NCBI RefSeq assembly: GCF_006345805.1
Contig: NC_043018.1
Span: 14,446,001 to 14,510,000 of the forward strand
Direction: 5' to 3'
Source of the DNA: Octopus sinensis
Taxonomy: Eukaryota
DNA length: 64,000 nt
Below, piece by piece: positions 11,455 to 25,353 of the stretch (position 1 is the first letter of the stretch; the number at the start of each line of letters is the position of its first letter). A model generated the notes under the pieces. That model was not told the DNA's origin and did not search any database. It saw only the letters and a list, made by a program, of their open reading frames with translations. Both the position numbers and the translations under genes were made by a program.

Positions 11455-11653
11455 CGTTCTGCAAAAGTACACTCAACTACAAGAAGAACATCAACAAAGG
11501 GCTGTAAATGATGCTGTTTCAATTCTTGTAACTCTGCTTTACCTGTTGTTGTTACTACTACTACTACTACTACTGCTGCTGCTACTGCTGCTGCTGCTGC
11601 TGCTGCTACTACTACTACTACTATTTTATATCCTATAACAATAGAAAACTACG

Positions 11654-11659
11654 AATAAA
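11654..11659 (+). terminator. Poly(A) signal after exon B
   Basis: Conserved AATAAA context. Confidence 0.6.
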
Positions 11660-12084
11660 TTTCATGAAACAGTGAAATATGAAACATTAACGAGTAGAAG
11701 TTTGATTTTGTAATTTATCCTGGAAAGAAATTCACGTGCGTTGCACCAACAACTGAAAATGGTAAAAGAAGAGAAAATCTGCAAAACATTACTTACAACT
11801 GTGACTTTTCTTACAAACCCAACTTAATACGACGAATGTATTTAAATTAATATATTTATGCTATTAATCCGTCAAATTTTAATGAAATTCCAATGAAAAT
11901 AAAAATATTAAAGCATCGCAAGTACTGTGTGTTTCGTTATTCGCTGTGCTATTTGTTTTTAATCATTGAAACGGTAGAAAATCTCAGTGCTTCGTTCTTC
12001 GCTGTGATGGTGGCCTTTAAGTTATGTATATGGATGTTAAGATTTACATTGCAATGTCACACAATATATTGTAAAGAAAGAGAG

Positions 12085-12120
<36 letters not shown>

Positions 12121-12449
12121 TGGGAGGGAGCGATGGGCCACATACCCAGAAATAATCATGTTCTCAGTCGCATCCCGCGGTGATGGTGAGATGACGTAGC
12201 TGCAGAGAATGGCCAACGACCTTTGTTGCAGCTGCCACGCCACATCCCGTGGTTGCACTTGGTTTGATGAGGATTTTTCTGTAATTCCTTGAAAGTTGGA
12301 CGACCACGAAGTCTCGTACATTTTCTTGCAATATTGTAGAAAAAATGTCAAATATTGAAACCCACACATACATACACTCACACATGTATATATATATAGA
12401 TATATAGATATATAATATTATATATATAATATATATATATATTACTTTA

Positions 12450-14130
<1,681 letters not shown>

Positions 14131-14470
14131 TAAATTGTAATAGGTTGTAGATATATGGCTGTTTGTATAAGTATGTATATGTGTGCATATGTCTGTGTTT
14201 GTATATAATATATATATATATATATATATAATATATTATTATGGATATAGATCATATATATGTGTGTATATATATATGTGTATATATCTATATGTGTATA
14301 TGTGTGTATATCGATTATGTTTATGTTACATACATATGTTGCTGAGCAGGAAGTTATGTACTATGCATGTATGCATGTATGTGTGCATGCTGTACATGGT
14401 TCTGGATGGTATATATATATATATAGATTATTATAATATATATATTATATATATATATATATTAGATATA

Positions 14471-14502
<32 letters not shown>

Positions 14503-14595
14503 ATTATGTATGTATTATGTCTATTATGTATGGTATGTGTGTAAGTTTTCAGTTAGTTTTTGTTATTAATTATGTATAATAGGTTTTAAAGGTAG

Positions 14596-14654
<59 letters not shown>

Positions 14655-15175
14655 TAAATATATGGCACAACGAAGTACCGATATTTACTGGAAAATAGCG
14701 AACGTAATAAATACGACGCTAATGTATAGCTTCACCGCGTATGTACTAGCAAAAATGCGTGTGTGCAACAAACTTGAAAAAAATTGTCTTACCTCCAGGG
14801 AGAACATCTGAAAGATTAAATACCTAGAAAGGGATAATGTGGTACCGGTTTCAGATTTTTCAAGATATGTCTGCACACATATACTTGATTTATCTTCATC
14901 AGCCAACATATACCTCGACAACATTTCAGATGTTGCCACATCAATGCCAATACACTCAACTGAAACGCCAAAACGCTGACAGAATGAGAACAGTGAAGAA
15001 GTTTCAATAAAAATAGTAATGCAATACGAGAGTATTGCTTTCCAGTAAAGAATAGCCCGTGAGGGAAAATTATACATAGAAGTAAATATATGGCACAACG
15101 AAGTACCGATATTTACTGGAAAATAGCGAACGTAATAAATACAACCGGTACCACATTATCCCTTTCTAGGTATTT

Positions 15176-15650
15176 CTGTGGCTGTCTTCAGTTATGGCTT
15201 TATTGATCATTAGTTGATCTTTACAGCCATATGAGCCTTTGCGGCATCCTTTCTGCTCTTCTGGAAACAGGTTGTTTTCGTCCAGGCGCTTGTTTAACCT
15301 TTGCGATATTACTGCAGTAAATGCTTTGTACATTGTAGGGAGACAGGTTAAAGGTCTGTAGTTTTCTGGTTTTACTGTCTCATTGGACTTGGAAATTAAG
15401 ATAGTTTTCCCCTTCGTGAGCTATTCGGGCATTGTCTCTGGCTCTGCTAGTATGCTGTTAAAGTTTTCAGCCAGCTTTTTGTGCATTCCTGTCAGATATT
15501 TCAACCAGATGTTGGGGATCTTGTCATGCCCAGGTGCCTTCCAGTTGCTTAGTCTTTTCAGCGCCTGGGTGACCTCTTCAGTTGTTATGGGGGTCCAAAG
15601 TTGCTCAGATGCTAAGTTTGTTGTTTTAATATTCCTTTTTTTTTTTTGTT
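15176..15650 (-). mobile_element. R4/Dong-like RT fragment
   Basis: ITTEEVTQALKRLSNWKAPGHDKIPNIWLK...NYRPLTCLPTMYK...EEQKGCRKGSYGCKDQL. Confidence 0.85.
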
Positions 15651-16028
15651 CATTCGCCGACCATATTTCACAATATATGTGAACACGTATCTTTGCATGC
15701 AAGTGCCCAGGAATTTCGATTGTGTTTTAGTCAACCCTATGTATGAAGAGCGACTGAAGGAGTATGAGGAGAGCATTAAATACGTGGAAAAGAAAGTTGA
15801 TACCCGTGAAAAAAGGATAAAAAAAGTATGATTGTAAAGTTAAATGAAGGCGCCCGGATGTGGGGTCGAGCGTCATCATTTCATTACTCATTTTATTTTA
15901 TTTTTATTCATCTTTCCATTTGTTTTAGTGTCCCACTTTCATTGTACCGTTCTGCTTGTCTTTGTATTGTCCCCTCTATATTTATCCCCCTGTGGGTAAT
16001 AAAGAAAAAGTTGTTACAATCATCTGAA

Positions 16029-16380
16029 ATGGAATTGTCAAAGCGCGATATTCGAGTAATTTTGTTATTCAACTTCAGAAAAGGACGTAAAGAATCTGAA
16101 ACCGCTCGCAATATCAACGAAAAATTTGGTGAGGAAATTTCGCAGTGGAGACCTGAGACTTGAAGATCTTGAACGTAGTGGACGCTCATTTGTCATCGAC
16201 GACGGTCAATTAAAGACAGTCATTGAGAGAGATTCCCGTAAAACCACTCGAGAACTAGCAAAAGAACTTCGAGTTAGCCAGAAAATGCCTGCAACCATTT
16301 GGATGCGATCGCAAAATCAAAAAAGCTCGACAGATGGATACCATACGATTTGAATGAAAATCAGAAAATGCGCAGATGCT
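16029..16380 (+). mobile_element. Mariner transposase N-terminal fragment
   Basis: IRVILLFNFRKG...ETARNINEKFG; KFRSGDLRLEDLERSGR...KTTRELAKEL; W-x-P-x-x-L-type motif (WIPYDL); frameshifted. Confidence 0.85.
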
Positions 16381-16437
16381 CGTCACTTCTCATCATTTGA
16401 CTATATAAACATGACTCTCCCTGCTTCTCTCCCTCTC

Positions 16438-16469
<32 letters not shown>

Positions 16470-18331
16470 CCTATCTCTCCTCTTGTCTCATTGCCTCTAG
16501 GATTACTATGAAGTGATGGTAATGGTGAATATTTACCTTGCATGAAATGAGTATGCTGATACAGAGGAGTGCGAGAGGTTTTCTCATCACGCAACTAATG
16601 ATACGAAATGTAAGAAAGAAAGCAATTGAAGACATGTCATACACTTTTACCTAACTTTTTAAATCTTAAATTATTTCCAACATGAATATCCATAAGCTAC
16701 AATATAGATAGCACAACGACGAATAATCGATTAGATTCAGGCTCAAGGTCTGAAATTTTGTAGAAGGGGACTACTTGCTTACTGTAAACCTTGTATACTA
16801 CTGGCATTGCTTCATCGACCACTATACTCGATTGGTACCTTTTCTTCTTCGACCCCATAAGGATGGAATCCAAAGTCGACCTCGGTGGTGATTCAACTCA
16901 ATGTCGAACGAAGTACAGCAAATCACTTTGTCCGGTGCGATAACGTTTCAGTCAGAACAACCACCTCCTTGTATTTTAGGTTTTCCATAAGATTACCATC
17001 AAGGTAATCCCGCAACGAACTTCTCGGATTCTCGACCTAAAAATACCATCCAATCAAATGCAAATATAAAATAGAAATCCATTCGATCACCAGCGCTAAC
17101 ACCATCAACACTTCACACTCTGTATCGCTTCTTATGCATCCACACACAACCAAAAGTTAATAGTTTAAACATTACCCCATCGGAAATTGAGTGGTCTGTT
17201 GACTTCCGTTACACAAGAACCAAGAAATTTGGTATATATTACTCAGCTGATGCTACTTATATCGTGTCTGCATATACGTATATATATATATATATATATC
17301 TTTGAGTGACACCATCTCTTCATGAGGTTAACATAACCTCTAATCGAATTTTACATACATATATGTGTGTGTGTGTGTGGATGGATAGATAGTGGATGAA
17401 TGGATGGATGGCGGGAGGAAGGGATGGCTCGATGGATGTATATATGTATAGAAATATATGCATATACATCTGTGTGTGACCATGTATCAGACCGTGTGTG
17501 TGCGTGTGTATATGCATGTAAGTATGTATACGTACATAGACGTAGATATAAATATACTTGTACATATTTATGTGTAATTATATGGCAGTTTACTATTTAA
17601 ATAGTTTAAATACCCTTGTTGTGGTATTTAAACTGTAATTTTGAAATATAATTTTAAAGAAACACTTCAAGCTGTTGTCTTCAATATAAGAGAAAAACGC
17701 GGTCGTGCAAAGTCCTCGTGCTGCATTTTATATGTTGATAATCACCTGTCTCATAAAATGGCTACGATGCTTTTTTTCAGTTTGTCATGATGTGGCCGAA
17801 ATATATATATATATATATATATAGTTGGAATTTACAAAAAAAAGACGAAGACAGGTGTGTAAAAGACTTTTCACCTTCCCGAGCGTTAAACTACTCATTT
17901 ACTCTCATTTACTCATTTACGTGTTTCAGTCATTTGACTGCGGCCATGCTGGAGCACCGCCTTTAGTTGAGGAAATCGACCCCAGGACTTATTCTTTGTA
18001 AGCCTAGTACTTATTCTACGGAGACGTAAACAAACCAGCAACGGTTGTCAAGCGATGTTGGTGGACGACAAACACAACACACAAACATACACATATATAC
18101 ATATATACGACAGGCTCCTTTCAGTTTCCGTCTACCAAATCCACTCACATGGCTTTGGTCGGTCCGAGGCTATAGTAGAAGACACTTGCCCGAGATGCCA
18201 CGCAGTGGGACTGAACCCGGAACCATGTGGTTCGTAAGCAATTTACTTACCACACAGCCACCGTTTTCCTGCAAGTTGCTGTATTTTCTATTAAATTCAT
18301 CTAATTACCGTTTTTCTTCCCATCGTACTCT

Positions 18332-18368
<37 letters not shown>

Positions 18369-18681
18369 ATCTGTTCTTACTTTTCTTACATCTATTTATA
18401 TATGATCAGCGACATGCCAACGCTGACCATTCCGTCATTTTAGGAATATTTAGCATCTCATTGTATACGACGTTCAGAGGGTACGATTGTATTGCTACTT
18501 TTAGCAGCTCATTAGAACCCAATTAGTTAACATTTTAGGGTCGGTGGTTTTTAATGCTGTAACATTATCTGGTTATCTCTGGTCTACTGTTCATGCAGTC
18601 ACTGGAACAGTGACTGTCGCAAGTTTATATAGTCTCTCACAACCAATGCTTTGTTTTATTGTGAATGATGTAGGATGAAGC

Positions 18682-18778
<97 letters not shown>

Positions 18779-19043
18779 ATATATATATATACATATATAT
18801 ATTGTTGTGCAAGATTTTTTTATGTGAAGTCGTGACGGTTAGTAAGGAGAGACACAATAAGAAAGAAGAAAACAAAGGACCACTGATGCGGTCACAGGAG
18901 TGTGACGAAAGAACTCTGGCCGAAATAAGATTAAGATTAATGTAAAAAATAAATAACATTGAAGCAAAATAACACCAAATATATAGTGCGTGTATTTTTA
19001 TTGGCTAAACTGGCAAAATGACCATTACAAAATATAACAACAT

Positions 19044-19112
<69 letters not shown>

Positions 19113-21159
19113 AGCGCGTGTGTATGTGTGCGTGCATGAATGTGTAGGATGGCGTGAAGTACGTTTTTTAGGGTTCGTCATAGCTTTAGGTGGTTTGTTG
19201 TAGACACAATGCTGACCCAACAGATTTGACCCATAATTAACCGTGTATTGTCTATACATTTGTTTATACAAACCGTGGCAACGTGAGCACTCTGTATCTG
19301 TTTTGCTTGTGTTACTATATCATCTGTGACATCGTAGTTCACTTCCTTTGCAGTATATTTATGTAAGCTTTTTTAAAAGTAATTTCTTTGGGTTATCCTC
19401 TAGCACTTCTACAAAAATACAGTTAAGGTGCCATGTGCGCTGCCCAAGATTTCTACATGCGATTGGCTGTGTTCGAAAAATAGATTTATTTCCGTATTTT
19501 CTACCAGTTTTTCTACTCGCAGATTCTACTATTGGTTTCAAATTTTGACACCAGGCTAGCAATTTCAGGGATGGGATAAGTCGATAATAACGACCTCGGT
19601 CTTCAAATGGTACTTATTGTATCGGCCCCGAAAGAATAAATGGTAATATTGACCTAGGTAGTATTTAACCTCATAACCTCCAGACGGACGAAATGCCGAT
19701 AAGCATTTTGCCCGGGGTGCTAACGATTCTACCAGCTCACCGCCCTAGACATATGTACCAATAGTAGGGGAGCCCACCTCTAAAAAAACAACTTATAATA
19801 AACAAAAAATTAATAGGCGCAGGACTGGCTGTGTAGTAAGTAGCTTGCTTACCAGCCACATGGTTCCGGGTTCAGTCCCACTGCGTGGCACCTTGGGCAA
19901 GTGTCTTCTACTATAGCCTCGGGCCGACCAAAGCCTTGTCAGTGGATTAGGTAGACGGAAACTGAAAGAAGCCCGTCGACATTACCATTTATTCTTTCGG
20001 AGCCGATACAGTAAGTACCATTTAAAGACTGGGGTCGTTGTCATTGACTTATCCCATCCCCAAAATTTTTAGCTTGGTGTCAAAATTTGAAACGAATATT
20101 ACATTTGTCTAAAATATCCCATAAAATTTACCTCTCTCTCTCACGCAGCATCATTATCCCTTCTAAGTAGCGTAACATTCAACGAAGAAGCTTTCGATTC
20201 GTGAACATGGTAAAAAGCTTGCTTCCCAACCACATGGATCCGGGTTTAGTCCTAATGCGTGGCACCTTGGGCAGGTGTCTGGTACTATAGCCTCATGCCG
20301 CCCAAAGCCTTGTGAGTGGATTTGGTAGACGGAAACTGAAAGAAGCCCCGCTTGAAAACTGGTATTTATGTTCCCGTAACTTAGCGGCTCGGTAAAAGAG
20401 ACAACAGAATAAGTACTAGGCTTTAAAAAATAAGTCCTAGGGTCGGGTAGTTCTAAAACCCTTCGAGTGGTTGCCCTAGCATGGCAGCAGTCAAGATGAA
20501 AAAAAAAAGATTGAAAAAAACACTATCTAAAATATTTTCTACGCAAAGACTACGTTTTCTGCGTTGATCAACGAATATTTGTATAACAATAGCGAGAGAA
20601 ATGTTTAGGAGCCTTTATTTGGAAAGATTAGTTTGAATTATATTGAATTGCTGGATAATTGCTGTTGGGTTGGTGTTTTTTTGTTCCTTCTCGAGCCATG
20701 CCTGGCTCATTAGGGCCAGTTTCCCGGTTTCCTCGGCTTATAGGTTCCCCACCTGGACTGGACACCGGTCACAGGTGAGCTGCAACATGCAGGAGGAAAG
20801 AGGGCCTGACGAAACACTCCTTCTAAGCTCCTCATAAAATGCATGGATATTTTTCACGCTAGCTGAAAGTGTAGAAGCATAAATGAAGAAAACAGTTACA
20901 AAACATCCACAAGATATCGGTATCCGGATTTTCATTATGCGTTTCTTTGTGCTTTGTGGTTGTTATAGGTTCTTTAGAAAATCACTCTGGGTTTCCAGCC
21001 CAACACCACCTCCCCTTTTTTCAGCATTCGGTTTCTCAACCCAGAATAATGTGAAATCTGCTGCACTTTCGATAAGATGATCTTCATCTAAACATCATGC
21101 TTCAAAAGGAACTAAAATATCAACATTGAGACGACTTTGCTCCTTAGTTACTCTTCTGA

Positions 21160-21630
21160 AAGGCCTATCAGCTTGATCTAAAAGGGCTCTCACATTTCAA
21201 TAGGCTAGGTTACGAAAAAATATATTCCCTGTTCATATGAATTCTTTGTTCATTCCTGCTAAATTGAACCACCGTTAGCCGCAGTAAGTTAGCAAGCAGA
21301 GAAATGGCAGACAATTCTTAGTGCACCTTTTGTAGCATCTTCCCAGTATATCCAGGTGAGCAGTTTTCTGCTTAAAAGTTCTGCTGACAGTTCCTGTCTA
21401 TGAAAACATGTTAGTGATGGTAAAATAAGAATCCTGCTGTCTTATGTTCAGATTTGTAACAGTATGCTTCCAACCGGTCATGTTTGCATAAGGTCGCCAC
21501 GCCTCTATCACCATGGGATTTTTGAAAAGTGATGATTGTGCGATGATGGTTTCAGTCGGGGACATCTGTACTCCATTGGATTTCAGTAACAAACGCTTGT
21601 ACAACACTTTTGCCACTATCTAGATCAAAA
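21160..21630 (-). mobile_element. Highly degenerate LINE RT fragment (RTE-like)
   Basis: Only faint motifs (IITFQKSHGDR resembling IIPxYKGKGDR); many stops. Confidence 0.35.
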
Positions 21631-22492
21631 TAGTAGATTCCAGTAGAAGCAAAGCAAGATGGCCAGTGTGGCCTCTCGTAAACTTGAAGAGAGAAAGCTC
21701 AATGAATACAGGGTTGGTCATCTGAAGCCCCTATCAGTTTCTGCCGGTCACCGTCGAGATCTCATGAGTTCTCGGATCCCGTACTACCGATTTCGTCCCC
21801 AACAGAGGGATGAAGACCTACCCCTCGGATAAATGAGCCGCATGAAGTCGACTGTGTGCTGCAGCAAGTGTTACCTACCATCACAGTCATCACCGTGGAG
21901 CGCGGCTGAACACACCTATTGATCTCGTGAATGTGGGCCATCGGCCCTCCCCTCTATCTTCTACTGCTTTACTGCACCCTTTTCGCTATCTCTCTTTTCC
22001 TTTCTTATCACTCTTCTTTCCTATTTCTTTGTATTTAATTGTTATAAAATACAACTTGGACAATAATGTTCTTTTACAAATATATATTGTGACATTGCAA
22101 TGTAAAATCTTAACATCCATATCCATAACTTAAAGGCAAACACCACAGCGAAGAACGAAGCACTGAGATTTTCTTACCGTTTCAATAACTTAAAATCAAA
22201 GAGCACAGCGAATAACGAAACACTAAGTACTTGCGATGCTTTAATATTTTTATTTCATTGGAATTTCATTAAAATTTGATGGATTAATAGCATAAATATA
22301 TTAGATATTAAATACATTCGTCGTATTAATTTAGGTTTGTTAGAAGACTTATAGTTGTAGATTATGGTTTGCAGATTTTCTCTTCTTTTACCATTCCAGT
22401 TCTTGGTGCAACGCACGTGAATTTCTCTCCAGGATAAATTACAGAATCAAACTTCTGCTCGTTAATACTTTATATTTCAGTGTTCCATGAAA

Positions 22493-22498
22493 TTTATT
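22493..22498 (-). terminator. Poly(A) signal after exon C
   Basis: Conserved AATAAA context on the minus strand. Confidence 0.6.
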
Positions 22499-22528
22499 CG
22501 TAGTTTTCTACTGTTATAGGATATAAAA

Positions 22529-22576
<48 letters not shown>

Positions 22577-22694
22577 TAGTAGTAGTTGTAGTAGTAACAA
22601 CAACAGGTAAAGCAGAGTTACAAGAATTGACACAGCATCAGTTACAGCCCCTTGTTGATGTTCTTCTTGTAGTTGAGTGTACTTTTGCAGAACG

Positions 22695-22926
22695 TCAATA
22701 AAATGGTAAATTTACAAGAAAAATCAGAAAAGCCATTACAGTTTGGAGTATACCAGCATTCGTCACACGGCTCATATTCTTAGGATTACAATAGCAGAAC
22801 AGGAAATTGTTACATTCACATTTCCTATCTGGGCAGCAAGGAGGCGGTGGCGAAAAATCCGTCGTAGTCCCACAGCGTCCCACTGCACATATATTAACAA
22901 CATCACCAGATCTCTTAATTTTGTCC
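22695..22926 (-). CDS. Alternative terminal exon C: 8-Cys knottin core plus GPI-like tail
   Basis: ttctttttcccag|G, phase 2; DKIKRSGDVVNICAVGRCGTTTDFSPPPPCCPDRKCECNNFLFCYCNPKNMSRVTNAGILQTVMAFLIFLVNLPFY*. Confidence 0.85.
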
Positions 22927-24920
22927 CTGGGAAAAAGAATATAGTTGGAAGTTAAAAAAATTAATTAAATTATGTTTTCTCATTTAGGGAGAAAGCAAGC
23001 AAATTTTAAGAGGAGGGATTAGTTGAAGCTCATGTTTTGTTATTATCAACGTCGATTGAAGTATAGATTCTGATGCAATTTGAACTCATAACATGCAGAA
23101 CCGAAATCAGTACCAGTCATATTTTTCTGTTCTTTTAATGATTGCTAAATGTATTTCCTCAACTTTCTCAACTATTACGAAAATATAATTAAAAATCCGG
23201 ATTGTATATGGCGTTGAAAAAATAAAGAATGAGTTGAAGTGTCGCCTGTTGGTAGTCGGAAGTGATGTCCGTGAATACATGACTTTAGCCCTGCTTCGTT
23301 TAAAGTCCTAAACCTGCAACAAAGGGCACCAAAATGGCGACGTGATATTCGAAGCTTGCATCTGCCAGTCTATCGTGTGTGGTGGGTGGATCTTCAAGTT
23401 ACCACACGCATTCTTAATAGCTTAGAGTACGGCTCGAATTAGAGATTGTTCTTTGTGGCTAATGGCGTGAGTCCTGATTGGAAGAAGAAGCGGAAGAAGA
23501 AGAAGAAGAAGAAGAAGAAGGCAGCAGCTGCATCAGCAACAACAACAACACTGTTTGCTGGAATTAAGGTTGAAGAAGTCTGAAAGTACTCCAGGGTTGT
23601 TCATGCCGGACGCCGTTGCGAATTCGATTGGAGAGTTCGTTTATAATTACGAAGGTATTACATTCTCTGCAAATTTTCGATCACTTTGCCTTTCATCCTT
23701 TCGGGGTCGATAAATGAAGTACCAGTTGCGTACTGAGATCGATCTAATTGACTAACCGCCTCCCCAAACATTTCGGGCCTTGTACCAAGAGTCGAAAAGA
23801 ATATCACTCTGTAGAAGGAAGCAGTTAAGATATCGTAAAATACCGGTGAAAATATATATTCTTTTATTCTTGAAAGGTTTCCGTCATTTCACTAGCACCA
23901 GGTTAAAAGGTTTTAGTCGGAGAAATCGATCCCAGATCTTAGTTGTTGAAGACTAGTACTTATTCTTTCGGACTCTTGTGCTGAATCACCATTTACGAGG
24001 TCGTACACACACCAACACCGGTTGGCTGTGTAGCAGTGGTGGTGGGGGACAAATTCACACACACACACACACACTCACATTGTTGTATTATTTCAATTAT
24101 TTCACTCATTTTGACAGTAGCGACTTTTAATCGAAGAACTCGACCCCTTCACCCATTCTTTGTAAGCCTGGGACTTATTCAATCAGTCTCTTTACAACAC
24201 ATAGTCATACCTACGCCAATATGTGTATATACATACATACAGCATACATACATACATACATACATACATTACATATACATACATACATACATACATACAT
24301 ACATACGTTTCTGTGTCTGCTTTGGCAGTTATGCAGATAAACGAATTCTATATCCCGAAAAGATTCCAATGAACAATCAAAATGAACATTGCTGCATCTC
24401 TCCTGAAATAACTACAAAATCGTGGTTGTTTTAGCTGCACTACATCAATACTCTTTGATACTCGTACACTCTTCTTTCCTGTTTCTTTGTATTCATTTGT
24501 TATAAAATACAACTTGGACAATAATGTTCTTTTACAAATTCATATTGTGATACTGCAATGGAAAATGTTACTACCCATATCCATAACTTAAAGGCAAACA
24601 CCACAGCGAAGAACGAAGCACTGAGATTTTGTTTCTTTCAATAACTTAAAATCAAAGAGCACAGCAAATAACGAAGCACTAAATATTTGTCACGGTGTAA
24701 TAAATTTATTTAATTGTAATTTCATTCAAATTTGACGGATACGATCGTGCTATTAATTTCGGTTTGTTAGAAAACTCATAGTTGTAGATTATGGTTTGCA
24801 GATTTTCTCTTCTTTTACCATTTTCAGTTCTTGGTGCAACGCACGTGAATTCCTCTCCAGGATATATTACAGAATCAAACTTCTGCTCGATAATACTTTA
24901 TATTTCACTGTTTCATGAAA

Positions 24921-24926
24921 TTTATT
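24921..24926 (-). terminator. Poly(A) signal after exon D
   Basis: Conserved AATAAA context on the minus strand. Confidence 0.6.
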
Positions 24927-24995
24927 CGTAGTTTTCTATTGTTATAGGATATAAAATAGTAGTAGTAGTAGTAGTAGTAGTAAGTAGTAGTCAGT

Positions 24996-25033
<38 letters not shown>

Positions 25034-25145
25034 TAGTACTAGTAGTAACAACAACAGGTAAAGCAGAGTTACAAGAATTGAAACAGCATCGGTTACAACC
25101 CTTTGTTGATGTTCTTCTTGTAGTTGAGTGTACTTTTGCAGAACG

Positions 25146-25353
25146 TCAATAAGATGGTAAATTTACAAGAAAAATCAGAAAAGCCATTACAGCTTGCAGT
25201 ATACCGGTATTCGTCACATGGATCATAGTCTGAGAATTACAAAAGCAGGTCAGGTCAGTGTTACATTGACATCTCCATTTTCCGCAGCAAGCATTATTTG
25301 GTTTACAGGGTCCATCTACACATATAATTGAAGCAATATGCTGACGTTTGACC
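25146..25353 (-). CDS. Alternative terminal exon D: 8-Cys knottin core plus GPI-like tail
   Basis: ttttttccag|G, phase 2; VKRQHIASIICVDGPCKPNNACCGKWRCQCNTDLTCFCNSQTMIHVTNTGILQAVMAFLIFLVNLPSY*. With exon 2 it creates an R-V-K-R furin-type site. Confidence 0.85.
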
